Assembly (NCBI GenBank): GCA_050613775.1
Contig: JBODTK010000013.1
Span: forward strand, 186,001-250,000
Source: Neocallimastix sp. 'constans'
Lineage: Eukaryota
Direction: 5' to 3'
Length of the DNA stretch: 64,000 nt
The position numbers and the translations under genes were made by a program. Below are positions 24,400-38,700 of the stretch, piece by piece. Under the pieces are notes generated by a model. It made no database searches, was not told where the DNA came from, and worked only from the letters and a program-made list of their open reading frames with translations. How positions within the stretch are numbered: the first letter of the stretch is position 1; every line of letters starts with the position of its first letter.

Positions 24400-27300
24400 T
24401 CTCATTGTAATCTGTGTTGATGTAAAAAGTAACCATTTTTATGTTTTATAAATTTTATTCCAATAATATAATCAACATTACCTATATCTTTCATTTTGAA
24501 CTTTTTCTCAATTAATAATTTTACACTTTCTATTGTTTTCTTTGATCCTGATATTAAAATATCATCCACATATATAGCTAATATACTTAAAAGTTTTCTT
24601 TTGTTAAATTTAACGTACAAATAAGGTTCACTTATAAGTCTTTTATATTAAATTTTTATTAGATAGCCGTTTAATTTATCATTCCACTTGGCACCACTTT
24701 GTTTCAGTCCATATATTGCCTTCTTCAATTTCCAAAATTTCTTATTGTAATCTTCATGTCCTTTGGGTGGTTTCATATACAAATCTTCATTTAATTCAGC
24801 ATTTAAATAGACGGCAGTTATATCTATTTGGTTTATTTCAAAATTGTTCTGAGCGGCAATCGCCGTAAAGATTCTTATTGAATCCTGTTTTAAGGTAGGT
24901 GCAAAGGTTTCTTTATAATCTATGCCGTATTCTTGAGTAAATCCCTTTGCTACTAATCTTGATTTTCTTTTGATTATTTCTCTATTTGAGTTTCGTTTGA
25001 ATTTGAAAATCCATCTTGATGATATTAAGTTTGCGTTCTTAGGTATTTTATCAATTGTTTCATATACTTTTAGATTTCTCATATTGTCGAGTTCATTATC
25101 GACTGATTTTAACCATTCATTTTTATCATTAAAATTAAAGATATCATCATAATTATTTGGTTCGCGTAATTCTTTTAATAATTCTTGTTTTTTGTTATTT
25201 GAATTTAGTATGAAGTTTTTATTTTTATTTCTTTTTCCTAAATGTATAGAAGATTCAATGTTAAATAATTTGTTATTTGTTAAGTTATTAATGATTCGTT
25301 GTTCATTGTTGTTATCGTTATTATTGTTTGAGTTATATCTGTCTATATTTGAATTATAATGATTGTTTTTATTACTGACAGTGATCATATTGTCGTTTTT
25401 ATTAATATTATTATTTATTTTGTTATTATTGCTGTTGGTAGTGTTGTTGTTGCTGTTTGTGAATTTAATATGAAGGTTTCATCTTTATTTCTTTTTCCTT
25501 AATATATAGGAGATTTTAAGTCGAACAGTTCATTATTCCTTAAGTTATTGATATTTTGTTGTTTATTGTTGTTATCGTTATTGATATTTGAATTATAGCT
25601 GACTGTATTTGAATTATCGTGATTGTTTTTATTGTTGTCTTGTCAGTGATCATATTATTGTTTTGATTAATAAAATTATTTGTTTTGTTATTATTGCTGT
25701 TGATGGTATTGTTGTTGTTATTTGTGTTATTGTTGTTATTATTGTTATTATTATTTGTTTTATTGATATTATTATTTTTGTTGTTGTTAATGTTATTATC
25801 TTGAGATTTTATATTGTTATTATGATTTTTATTGTGATTATTAGTAGTATTTTTAGTACTATTATTATTGTTGTTTCTTCTTTTGTTATATGTTCTTTTA
25901 TTTTTTATTTGATTGTTTTAACTTGGTATATTATTTTCATTAATTTGTGTATTATTGTTTAATATTTGCATATTATTTGACTTATTATTATTATATTGAT
26001 AATGCGAATTATTATTGTTAATATTATTGAAGTCCGTACCATGATTTATATCATAAGTCATCATAAAAGTAGTTATTATCTACCTCCTAATTATATTATT
26101 AGGAATAAAATTTGAGATGTCGTTATCGCAATAAGATAAATGTGAATTTCTTGGTGTGAATTCAAAGAAATCAACATTTCGTGATAATATAATTTTATTA
26201 TTTGTTAAATCAAGAATTTTATATGATTTGGGATTATTAACATACCCCCAAAAAAATACCAGGAGATAAATTATTTTGAAATTTGTACGGAATAGTTTTT
26301 GAATGTAATAAAAAACTTTACATCTGAAGACACGAATGTTTGAGTAATCAACTTTGTTATTGGTTAGAAGTTCATATGGAATTTTATTATTTATCCCTTT
26401 ATGAAGGATTCGATTATGAATGTAGTTGGAAGTAGAGACGGCGTCTTCCCAAAATTGTAAGCTAAGTTTAGCGTCATTTAACATTGACTTTGCAGAATTG
26501 ATTATAGTGCCGTTGAATCGTTCAATCCTACCATTTTGTTGTGGGTGGTAGGGAACAGTAAATTGATGTTGTATTCCAAAGTCAATGCAGAATTGTTTGA
26601 AATTTTTGTTGTTAAATTCGGTGCCATTATCTGTACGGATATATTGAATTCTTTTGTTAAATTGATTTTTTTATTTTATTAAACCAATTATGAAAGTGAT
26701 AAAAAGTTTCCGATTTACTCTTCATAAAGAGAGTCCACCCAAATCTTGAATGGTCATCCAAAATGGTTAAGATATATTTATTGTCATAGATAGAGTTTGT
26801 ATTGGACCTATAAGATCCATGTGTATGAGTTGAAATATATTTTTGGCTCTATTATGTGATGATTTGAAGGGCTTATTTTTAAGTTTTGAATAATTACAAA
26901 ACTTTGAGTTTATGTTGATTTTTAAAATTTTATTTTTGATACTATTGATGTTGAAATGGGCAAAACGACGATGCCATAAATTTAATTTATCTATTGATTT
27001 CAAATGTGTATAATTGACTTCAACCAAATTATTATTATGTAGGTTGTTTTGAAAATTTAATGGTTGAGTTGAAATCCAAAATTTAAATGTATTAGATTGG
27101 TTCGATTTAATTGATAATATTCTTTGATTGTGTTCGTCATAAATTAGTGCATATGATTTATTATTAGTATTATTGAAAATTATTTTGTATACTTGTTGTA
27201 TAAGATTTTCAATTAATAATAAATTTTTATTTATTTTTGGTAAGTAATAAATATTTATAATGGTTATTTTGTGATTACTAATGTATCCTATGAGATCTCC

Positions 27301-29911
27301 TTTAAATTGTGTTGATATAACTTGATTATTAGCTAAATAAACTTTGTCATTGCACTTTTGAATATTATGTAATTTATTTAAATGACCAGTAATATTTATT
27401 GATGCGCTGAAGTCTAATATCCAACATATCATTTCTTTTTGTTTATTTATTTCGGCAAAATTAATATCAAGATTTTCTTGAGAATTGTAATCCTTAGTAA
27501 AAGCATCTGCATAGCTAGAATCATACCTTTCTTTTTCCATGAAATTTGCATAATTTCTACGTTTATATATTTTCTTTTAAAATTATTTCTTCTTTGTTTG
27601 AAAATTTTTCTTCTTTTGTTATTATTTTTATCATCTCTTCTATTTTTATAGTCATAAAAGAAATGGCCCCATTTAACACAGTAATTACATCTACTATTTT
27701 TGGTCTTTTTAGTAAATGTTTTTATTTTAGTAAGTTTTTTCTTATTTGTATTAATGGTAGTATTATTTTCTATTGAAAATAAATTTTTATTATTTTGATT
27801 ATTTGTTAAGGATTCTTTTAGGTTTGAAGAGATGATTTAAGGCAATACGTCTTTAACATATTCACTGCATTTATTCCAATCATTTTTAAATTGGAACACA
27901 TTAATCCAACGGAGTTCTTCTGGGAGACTTCTGTTAAGGATGCCCACTTTAACACTTGATTCAATGTCATTATCTATTTTCTCGAGTTCATCAAGTGTGT
28001 TCTGTAGTTCAGCAATAAATATATTAATGTCCACTTCTGGGTTATACTTCAAATTATCGAGTTTGGTTTTAAGTTCTAATTTACGCGTGTTGATGTTTTT
28101 GGTAAAAGATCTTTTTAGAATTTTCCACAATTCAAAGGCGGTTTTATTTGATCCTTGCACAATGTCTGGGTTTTTTCTCCAATACTGTTTAGGACGATCC
28201 ATTTTGTTGTGATATCGTTATTGATATCAACTACATTGGTGTTTTTGTCATACACCAATGTGTCATCAAATTCATCTTCGATATACTCAGATAGGTCATC
28301 TTGTATATCTCTTTTCCTTAACATTTTAACCTTTTCTTTGGTGATATAACCAACTAAGTTGTTAATTGATAATAGATGAAGGATTTTGGTTTTCCATCTA
28401 TTATAGTTTTCAGTATTTAATTCAACTACTCTGTTAAAATTTTCAGAGTAATTAAATTTAATTGTTGGCCTGATGTCAATGGGTTCTTCAATTGTAATTA
28501 CTTCATTTCTATTGTTTCTTCTTGTGTTAGCCATTGTGGAGAGTTTCAAATTAAATTGTTTTTTTTTTTTAATAATTTAATAATATTTTATATTATGCGA
28601 ATATTTTTTAAAGAATAATTGATGAGTGATATGTTGTATATCTGGATTGTTTATTTATACATATTCAATATATTGATTAAAACCTTATTCTATTTTCATT
28701 AAATAAATATAAATTGAAATATATATTGTTTAATATTTCTATAATGATTTATAATAAACTTTAATAATATATATTTTTTGATAATTGGTTAAGTTATATT
28801 TTTTACTTAATAAAAAAAAGGGATATAAAATAATATATTTCAGAAATATGATTGGTTTCTATTTTTATCTTATTTTTAATGTAATATTTTTCATTATGTC
28901 ATTTGAAATTAATTTAATTAAACATTTATATTATTTGTTTTTTATGTTTGAAAAAGATATTTATACTTGATTTACATTTATTAATATTGGAATTAAAAAT
29001 ATATATATATATTTTTTTTTTATTTTTATTGTTAATAATTGACAATAATATTTTCAGTTCAAATTTATTATTTGAATGACTATGTCATTTTTCAGTTCAT
29101 ATTATAATTTGACTGACTATACTATTTTTACAGTTCAAATTAATTATTTGACTGACCATATGATTTTCAGTTCAAATTATAATTGACAGACTATTTTATT
29201 ATTTTATTTTTATTATTATTTTTTATTTTATTTCAATATAAAATTTTATTGATTATACTAATTTTCAGTTCAAATTATAATTGACTGACTATATTATTTT
29301 TTTCAGTTCGAATTATAATTTGACTGACTATAATATATATGTATATTTTTATATACAATGAATGAATAATGATATTATTAAATTGTATTAATCCCTCATT
29401 AATTTATTTTTTTAAAAATATTTTTGATAATATATTCTGATTCAATTATTATGAAAATAACAAAATTAATTATATAGATTCATAATTAATTAAATTATTT
29501 CTTTGATAACTAAAAATTAGATTTTATTATTGATAAATATAAAAATGATTTTTAATATTAAAAATAAGAAAGCGTTAGTTCAATTTATTTATAAGATGAA
29601 TATATTTATATATTAATTATGTAAATTATAACTTAACTTATGGTTAAGCTCAGTTGTAGACTGAGACTCTTAATCTATTAAACACCAAAAACAAATACTG
29701 AGAAAATTAGATATATTTTTAGAGAAGCATTTTATATATAATATTTAATATTTAATTATATTTATCTTTATTTTTTATAATTACAAAAGCGTATATTTTT
29801 AACAAGGTTACATTTTATTTCTTTTATAATTTTAATTAAATATAATAATATTCTGATTGGGTAAATTATATTAAAGTCATTATTAAGTATTTATTTTTTT
29901 ATATTCTAACA
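24400..29911 (-). mobile_element. Ty1/copia element family B, second copy, truncated within RT
   Basis: LTR 29911-29676; PBS 29675-29648; gag from ATG 28534; degenerate zinc knuckle CNYCVKWGHFFYDY; protease WILDFSAS; WHRRFAH; IHMDLIGP; RTDNGTEF; QQNGRIERFN; RT SRLVAKGFTQEYGIDYKETFAP, KAIYGLKQS, IYVDDIL. Several frameshifts. Confidence 0.95.
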
Positions 29912-30121
29912 AATAAATTAAAACTAAATTATTAATAAATAATTTTATTAATAATCACATAAAAATAAATTAATAAGCATTAAATTATCACTTGATTTAT
30001 AAAATGATCTAAAAATAACGTGATATAAAATAAATTTATGTAATATCATAAATTCTATGTAAAACATAAAATTAATGTAAACATAAAATTTATAACATAA
30101 ATTTTATGTTATGTAAATATG

Positions 30122-30522
30122 AAGTTTCATTTCGGAAAATTTTAATAAATAGATAAATAAATAAATAAATAATAAAAGAATATAAAATATAAAATATAAA
30201 ATATAAAATAAAATTTAAATATAAAATAAAAAATAAAATAAAAAATAAAAAAAATATAAAATAAAAAATATAAAAATTTAAAATATAAAATTTTAAATAT
30301 AAAATAAAAAATAAAAAATAAAAAATATATAAAATAAAAAATACAAAAAAATACAAAATATAAAATATAAAATAAAAAATAAAAAAAATAGATACCACCT
30401 AAAATCATCCTAACTCCCTTTTTTTAAGAAGTCCTCATCTTTTTTTTTTTTTTACTGGATTATAAATATTTCTTATATTAAAAAAATGAAACTTTCCAAA
30501 ATGAAATTTTTCGAAATGCACC
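30122..30522. mobile_element. Short non-autonomous TIR element, an internally deleted relative of 52288-53267
   Basis: Left AAGTTTCATTTCGGAAAATTTT and right AAATGAAATTTTTCGAAATGC. Shares ATACCACCTAAAATCAT...TAACTCCCTTTTTT...GTCCTCATC with ~52577-52640. Confidence 0.7.
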
Positions 30523-31149
30523 TTTTATTTTAATTTTTTTATTTTATTTTATTTTTATTATATTTTTATTTTATTTTTATATATTAAAATTATTATAAAT
30601 ATTTTATTATTTATATTATATTTTTTTTTATAATATTTAACTAAATAATTAATTCTTATTATTTTAAAATAGTTTATAATTAAAGAAAATTATATAGAAT
30701 ACTTTTTCTTTATATTCTATGTAATTCAATGTAATTAAAATTAAAATAGTAAATTTGCCATATATATATATTTTTATTAATAAAATTAGTTTAAAAATAT
30801 TATAAATTTTTAAAATTTAGTATTTAATAAAATAAATTTTTAATTATAAAATAATTAATAGATAAATGAATAAATAAAATTCTATATTAATAAATTACCT
30901 AAATAAATAAATATAACTTATTTCAATAAGAGATACCAAACCTGAACTTTCTTACTTTATCAATATCTTCTATGTCTTTCTTTATTTTTTTTTTTTTTAA
31001 TTAATTTTATTTATATATATATATTTTAATTTTTTTTTTTTTTTTAGTACCGAGTAAATCAAATAATCATCTTCAATTTTAAATTAGAGTAAATAAAATT
31101 AAATAAAATTAGTTTCAAAAGATAACAAAAATAAAATAGTACAATGTAA

Positions 31150-31186
<37 letters not shown>

Positions 31187-31886
31187 AAAAAAAAAAAAAA
31201 AATTAAGAAATAATTGTGATTATTTTGGTGATAGATGTTGAATAAATCTTTTTTAAAAACTAAATTTAAACCTCTTGGATTGAACTGATCTAATCTCAGG
31301 AATACTAGTATAATAAACCCTTTTCCCAGTAAAACTTTTATATTTCTTCAAGAAGTTTATTATTGTATTTACGTATTAGTAATCTACCTATTATTTATAA
31401 TTTATTAATAAAATACACATATTTTTATACTATTTTATTATTTAATATTTAATTATTTAAATATATAAAAATTATATTAAAGATATAGTTTTCTTTTCTT
31501 TAATATTAATAATAAATAAATATATATATATATTTTCAATTTTCTTGTTATATTTTTTTTTAAAACGAAGATAAAAAAAAAAAAAAGTTGATTAAAATTT
31601 TTTTAATTTATTTATTTATTTTATATTTTTTTTTTTATTTTTATTATTTTTATTATTATATTTTTTTTAATTTTTTTTTTTTTTTTTTTTTTTTATTTGT
31701 TATTGTGAAATTATTTAATTTAAAAGAACAAATATATATTATTCTACATTTTTACTATTATATGAAAATTATTTATTTTTATAACTTTTACAATAAAATT
31801 GAAACAAAATTCTATTAAAAATTCTAATTACAAATTTTTTTTTTCCTAATTATTATATATATATTTTTTAATTATTATTACTATTA

Positions 31887-31929
<43 letters not shown>

Positions 31930-32731
31930 ATGTGTGTTATTATAATGGCATTTAATAAAAAAAAAAGAAAATTGATTATTGCTTATTGTTTAAATAGTAC
32001 AAATAATGAAGGAAACTTGAAAAAAACTAAAACAATTATTCTTATTAATTAAACAAAAGAATAAATAAGAATAAATAAATATGAAAAAAATTTATTTACA
32101 TGCTCTATGTATAATATGAAAAAAAAAATGAAAAAAAAAAAATAAAAAAAAAAAAAAAAATAAATAGGTATATTATGAAAATTATTTAACAATGCAAATT
32201 ATAATTAATTATTTGATGAAATAAAATGAAATGAAATAAAATAAAATAAAATAAAATACAAAAAAATAAAAAAAAAAAGAAAAAATTGTATATGTAATTT
32301 TTTTTTTTTTTGGTTAATTCTATGTGTTAAATTTTTGATTATATATGCTTTAAAAAATATTTCTATTACGAAATTATTAATGAAAAAAATAATTTTGATT
32401 TGGAATGTATAATGCGATGATTTTTTTTATCTTTTTTAGAAATATTACATTGAATATTTAATAAAAAAAAAATACTGATATTTTTTTTTTTGGTAAACTG
32501 TTTAAAAAATATGTAAAAATTTTTGGATGATTTAATGAATTTTTTTTTTTTTTTTTTGATTTCCTTAGTTTAATATCATTTTTAAACATAAGAACTTTGT
32601 GATAGAATGAATTATTTGTTAATAATTGGATAAGATATGATATTAATATTAGTAAATAAAATTGGATTAATAGGTTTTTTCTTATTTTTTATTTTTATTT
32701 TTATCTATTTTATTTTATGAATTTAATTGAT

Positions 32732-35700
32732 TTAGAAATGGAAAATTGCAGTAATAAAAAGTAAAATAAAGAAGGTAAAAATGGATGGTTTCAATAGAGG
32801 ATAGGCAGCACTGACATTACATTTCGATGGATTTTCATCATCCTCCACACAATCGACATAACCAAATTGTTCAATGTTACAGATCTTCATATCATTTGTT
32901 TCCTTATCAACAACAACATAGTTATTGATACAAACGAGATCAAAATTGGTTTTTGTTTCCTCAACATCGTAAGTACAGTTAGTGAAGATACCACTAACAA
33001 CTTCAAGATCATTCCTTCTACGACGTTTGACGATAGCTGTCGAGTTGTTATTCTTCTGAATATTATTGATGGCTTGTTTAACATTATATGGGAATTCTTC
33101 AGTGAGAGCAAGTGGGAAGTTCATAATGACATAACCGTTGTAGTAACAGTAACGAGAAGCGACTGGGACGAGAATACCACTATTGATATCACAACGGTAG
33201 TAGTTATCATTAATGTAATAGTATTCTCCGGAGACACAGTTCTTTCGGATACATTCGGTGGGTTCTAATCCTTCAGAATCATAGATACAATAGAAGATTT
33301 CTCCACTATTCGTGAAGTAGTAGCCCGTCTCCTCGATTGGATAACATTCTCCATATTTTCGATCACAGTGATACATCTCATTATCAACAGTATAGTAGTA
33401 ACCGTAGTTGGCTTTACCTTGAATGGTGATTTCATCACCCTTCTTTGTAAACCTGTAAATGTAGGTTTTGGATGGATCCATGGCAATGTAGGCATAGCCA
33501 GAATGCTTTGGTGGGCTCCAAACTCCATTTTTGTATTTCAAAATGTTCTTGGCTTGAGCATCGTAGTAGTAGGTATCTTCCTCTGGTTCGTAGAGACGAC
33601 AATTAGTTTGAGTACAACCATACATAACAATATTGATCTTCTTTCTTGTGAAGTCCTTAGCAGAGACGGTGGTGTTAGTGATGCGACTAATAATATAGAA
33701 TCCAGTTTGATGAACGATTTTTGCGGCGAACATGTTCATTTTGTAGAGATTTTTAGAGTAACCGTAGATATTTGAATTGATGTTACGGGCACGATAACAT
33801 TCTCCAGTTTCACGGTTCTTAATATTCGTGGAAGCAAGAACAATTTCACCTTTGTAAGTGATACAGAATTCTCTGTTATTCAAATCCGCATTTGGTGTAC
33901 ATTTACCGTCGGCGAAGATACAACGTATTTCCTTTTCATAGGCGAATGAATAGACATCATTAACGATATCATACCTAAGAATACGCTTGTTCACATCAGC
34001 AAAGTATGTGACTGAATTTTGTTTATCCACGATATGACATTTATTACCATCACAGCGGTAGAGTTTTACATTTTCATCATTGTATTCATTAATATCTTTG
34101 CTTTTAACGATGGTGTTCGTCGCTACATTAATGAAGTAGTAACCGGTTTCCGCAAATTGGAGGACACTACCTTGACTGAGTGTGTAAATGGTAGAACCAA
34201 CGGTGAAAAACATATCATTATAGGAATCATTAACTTCAACACAGTTAGTGTTGGTGGTTGTGTAAACATAAGTGGAGATTACACCAGAAATGACATCTGG
34301 CTTAACGACAATGGTATCCGTAGCGAAGTAGAAGACGGAACGATTATTATTTGTACAAATGTTACCAGCAGTAAGTGTCGTTGTAGCCAATTTTTTCTTG
34401 GCATAATCTAAGGTGATGTAACACTTGTTGTGATTAAATTCACAAACTGGAATGGCACTTAATTCATTAGCAGTGAGTGCGGAACATTTTCCGGAACGAC
34501 AACGAATTATACCATAGGCTTCCTCGGCATTGCCTCTGTCATTCAAGTTGAGCATTTTTCCATCTTCATCCTTTTCTACTAAATCCTTCTTAGCATTTTC
34601 ATCTTTGACGATGTCTTCCAAATCGACCATTTTTTCAATCTCCTTTTCATCATTATCTTTTTCAATAACCATTTTTTCATTTTCATTTTCATTTTCATTT
34701 TCACTTTCATTTTCATTTTCATTTTCTTTTTTCTTTTTTTCTAGATTATCATTATTATCATTTAAATCTTCATCTACTTCTGCATCACCATCTACATTTT
34801 TATTGACATCACCATCTTCAAAGTCATGTTCTTGAATATTTTGAACATTTTCAGAACGTTTTTCAGGGGCTGTGAGATCTTCAATGGCACCTTTAAAGAT
34901 ACCATCCTGGACGATGACCGTTTCACACGATTCATCCTCCCTACAACGAATCAAAACATTCGATTCAACTGTTGTATAGAAACCAATTTTGCTGGATTCA
35001 GCGGAACAAGTCACCGTAGTGCTGGCTTGGATACAGTTAATAATAGTACTGGTACTATCAGAGGTGTCCGCGTTTGGATAGAAGTTGACATTTGGAGTAA
35101 TTTCGGAACAAGAAGTCGAACTTTGACAATAAATCAAACGAGTACTCGTATAAGTGAGGTAGTATCCTTTATTGGCCCTGGCAACCTTACATTTACCTTC
35201 CTTACAATCAATGATACCATTGTTTACCTTATCATATCCAGCGTTGAGATACTTGACTTTACCATTCACCTGATTATACACACAACTCTTCTCCGTGACA
35301 CATCGAATAACACCATTTTTGGCGGCATCATTATGAGCCACATAATAACCCACTTCGGATGTCACCGTGACACAATCGTTACCACTGCATCGAATTAAAG
35401 TGTTGGTGTTGGCATCATAGCCACTATTAAGATAATAAGAAGCAATCTTTGGTTTGAAACTGGTACAGTTTTTACCATTTTCACAATAGATAAGGTAGGA
35501 ATGCTTGTTGCCACTCTCGAAACGATTACCATCGACGACATATCCGGTGAATTGAGTATATTCTAAGATTCCATCATTACAGAAGAGGGCCCTTGAGTTT
35601 TCAGAGTCAAACATGTAGGTGTTGGAAGTACATCCAGGACGTTCCGTACAGACCTTAGTTTTTTCATTACAGTCATAGATGTGGATATCTGACATATCAC

Positions 35701-38700
35701 CACCCAAACTATCCACTAATTTACCATTTTTATCTATCAAGATCACACCACCTTGGTAGAAACGAGTGATGAAGTAACGCGAGATCTTGAAGAGCGATCC
35801 CATTTCTCTCTTAATACCTGGGAATCCATATTCTGGAATGGTAGCAAAGGCATAGATGTAATCCGATTTACTAACGGCAATAGCAGTAGTATTACTAGCA
35901 GTGAAGAACTTCAATTGATTGTCTTCGTAACAATAGTTACCCGCTTTGACTTTAGATGAATCTGGACATTCTTTGGCTTCCTCCTCTTTACATTCACTTT
36001 TTTCTTCTTCACACTTGATGACCGGCTTCTTTGGATTACCAGCGTTGACATAGTATCCGAGATCTACCTTCACGGTTCTACATCCTTCGGTGAAATCACA
36101 TTGAATCGTTTGATTCATGGACTTGTTGTAACCACTATTCAAATAGTATCCTTCTGAGTTAAAGGCAGGCTTCAAAGTACATTTACTTGTCGCCGTTTCA
36201 TCAGCACTTCTTTTTTTACTTTCTGTTTCTTTCTTATTTTCTTTAGTATCAGGATTACCCTCTTTTGGTTCTTCTTCTACTGATTTTGGTCCTACACATT
36301 CAATTAAACCATCTGGATTACCACTATCCTTACCAACAAAGAACATGTTGGTATTTTCTGGAGTTTGCTTTTCACACTTCTTACTGGAACAATAAATGAT
36401 AGCATTATTCAAATCCGTACTTTCGGCATTGACATAATATCCCATACCACTTTCTGAGATTGAAATAGCCTTACATCCATTTTCTGAGGAACATTGAATT
36501 AACTGATTCCTATCACCCGATTCGGAATAGTTGGAGTTCATGTAGATACCAACGCCAATCTTATCTTTTGAAAGACGTTCACAGATCACTTTAATAGATT
36601 CTCTTTTGGAAAGGATGGCTTCACTCTCCGAAATCTCAATACTTCGACTGTTATTGCCACCATCATCTTCATTGTCGATGGAGCATTTAATAATATTATG
36701 CTCGTAAGAAACGTCTTCACCTGCTTTTCCGGAATCGATATAATATTCATCATTAGTTTCGGAGGCACCACTGGCAACAGAGGAACAGTTATTCTTGGTA
36801 CATTTAATAATTTGTTTGTCGGTTTCATTTTCATTACTGTTGATAAAGATTTCATTTGCTTCGGCCTCAACAACCTCACAGGCACTATCAGAGGCTACAC
36901 ATTCAATGATGGCTTTGGATAACTTATTCTTAGCCTTATTACCTGAATTAACATAGTAGTGAGGAAGGCTTTCCTCATCAACTTTAACATTAATACATCC
37001 TGTTTCGTAACACTTAATTAACGGGTAGGTTTTATCGTTTTCGTAATTACTATTGATATACACTTCACCAAATTTACCATTAATGATGGAGCATTTAATA
37101 CCAGCATCATTGGCCTTACATTCAATTAAATCTCCAGTAAATGGACGTTTATCGGTGGCACGAGCCGTAAAAGTATCTTTAGCAGGGGTGGGTTGTTCAG
37201 TATTTTCGTCATTTTCGTCATTTTCATCTTCGGCTTCTGCAGAATCGCTGATGGCTTCCTCTTCATTCATCTCTTCATCATTTGTTTTTCTGGCTTCTTT
37301 TTTATCTTCGGCAACTTCTGTTCCAAAATCAAGATCATCACCATTCACATAATATTCCGGTTGATCGACAACAGCAGCGGAATCCTTTAATTGACATCCT
37401 GTGTCAGTAAGACAGAAAATTAATTGAGAGGAATTAAAAGAATTAATATACACCTTTTCATTGTCCCCATTAAACATTTCACAAGTTTTAGTGGTAGAAT
37501 CTTCGGAGAGGGAACACTTGATCATATCTTCCTTGAGATCTTTATCGGTGTCAATAGAATTTATATAGAATTCATTGTTATCACGGGAGGCATCCGTCAC
37601 TTTAGCAATGCATCCCTTCGTGGCATAACAGAGAATTAATTGATTATCATTGGCATTAATATAAACATTTTCAGCATCGGCAGGCTTAATCACACAGGCC
37701 TCTGACGCACTAGTACATTCAATTAAGGTATCAAGAAGTTTATCGGTTTCTACACTACCTGCATTGACATAATAAATCTTGCTCGATGAACTTCCTGATT
37801 CCCTTGATGCTTTTGTTCCTTCATTTTCTCCATTTTCTCCACTTTCTCCACTATCTTCTGTAGGGAAAGCTGGAGCTTCATAACATCCTTGATCCGAAGT
37901 ACATTTAATAATTTGCATACTATTCTGGTCAAAGTTGGCATTTATGAAAATATCATTTGCTTTGGTGGTCTGACTTGAGGTACTACAGGAAGTGGCAGAT
38001 TCATTCACTTCACATTTAATGATATCGGTTTTCAATACATCATTATATAATTTATTTGAGTCATCTCGATCACTATTAACATAGAATTCAGGTTTTCCAG
38101 AAGCTGCCTTACTACTAGCTAATAAACAACTTATACCAATTACTTCAGACTCTCTTTTGGCACCATTATTGTTAGAGGAGGATGAGGAGGATGGAGAACA
38201 TTTAATAAGTGGGTTTTCTTCATCTACTCCAACCATATAATTGGCATTAAGGAATACCTTATAATCAGTTTGTACTTCATCCTTTGGTAGTTCAGTAACT
38301 ATGGTACAAGTATTACTTGTACATTTAATGAGATTCTTACTCTCTCCCCCAACATTAATATAATAACTTGAATTTTTGCTACTGGCATCACTATCAGCAA
38401 CTTCACATCCACTGCTGAGACAACGAATAATTTGCTTTTTATTACCGGCATTAATATAGATATTTAAGTTTTTACCTTCCTTCTTTTCACAGTTGACTGT
38501 AACCGCTGTACCTTTTTCACCTTCACTACGTTTTCTTTTTCTAGCAGTACCATCCCCTTCTTCAGCGGTACATTGAATTAACGCCTCAGACAATGCAGAA
38601 GTTACGGCAGAATTAACAAAGACATCACCATCCATAACAGTCTCCTTCATACTACAGGCAGTGACATCGGTACACTCAATGACCCTTGCATCATCCTTTA

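Noticed and set aside
27540..27600. Programmed gag-pol stop read-through or frameshift
   Set aside because: A TAA precedes the pol frame, but the copy has many random lesions and no second copy covers this junction.
29648..29675. Apparent tRNA-Lys gene fragment (GCTCAGTTGTAGACTGAGACTCTTAATC)
   Set aside because: There is no T arm or acceptor stem and it abuts an LTR, so it is the PBS read on the opposite strand rather than a tRNA gene.
30090..30408. F/I/L/Y-rich 'membrane protein' ORFs (also 23615-24342, 31588-31818, 45822-46004, 52265-52593)
   Set aside because: Translations of T-rich low-complexity or TE sequence with no coding signal.
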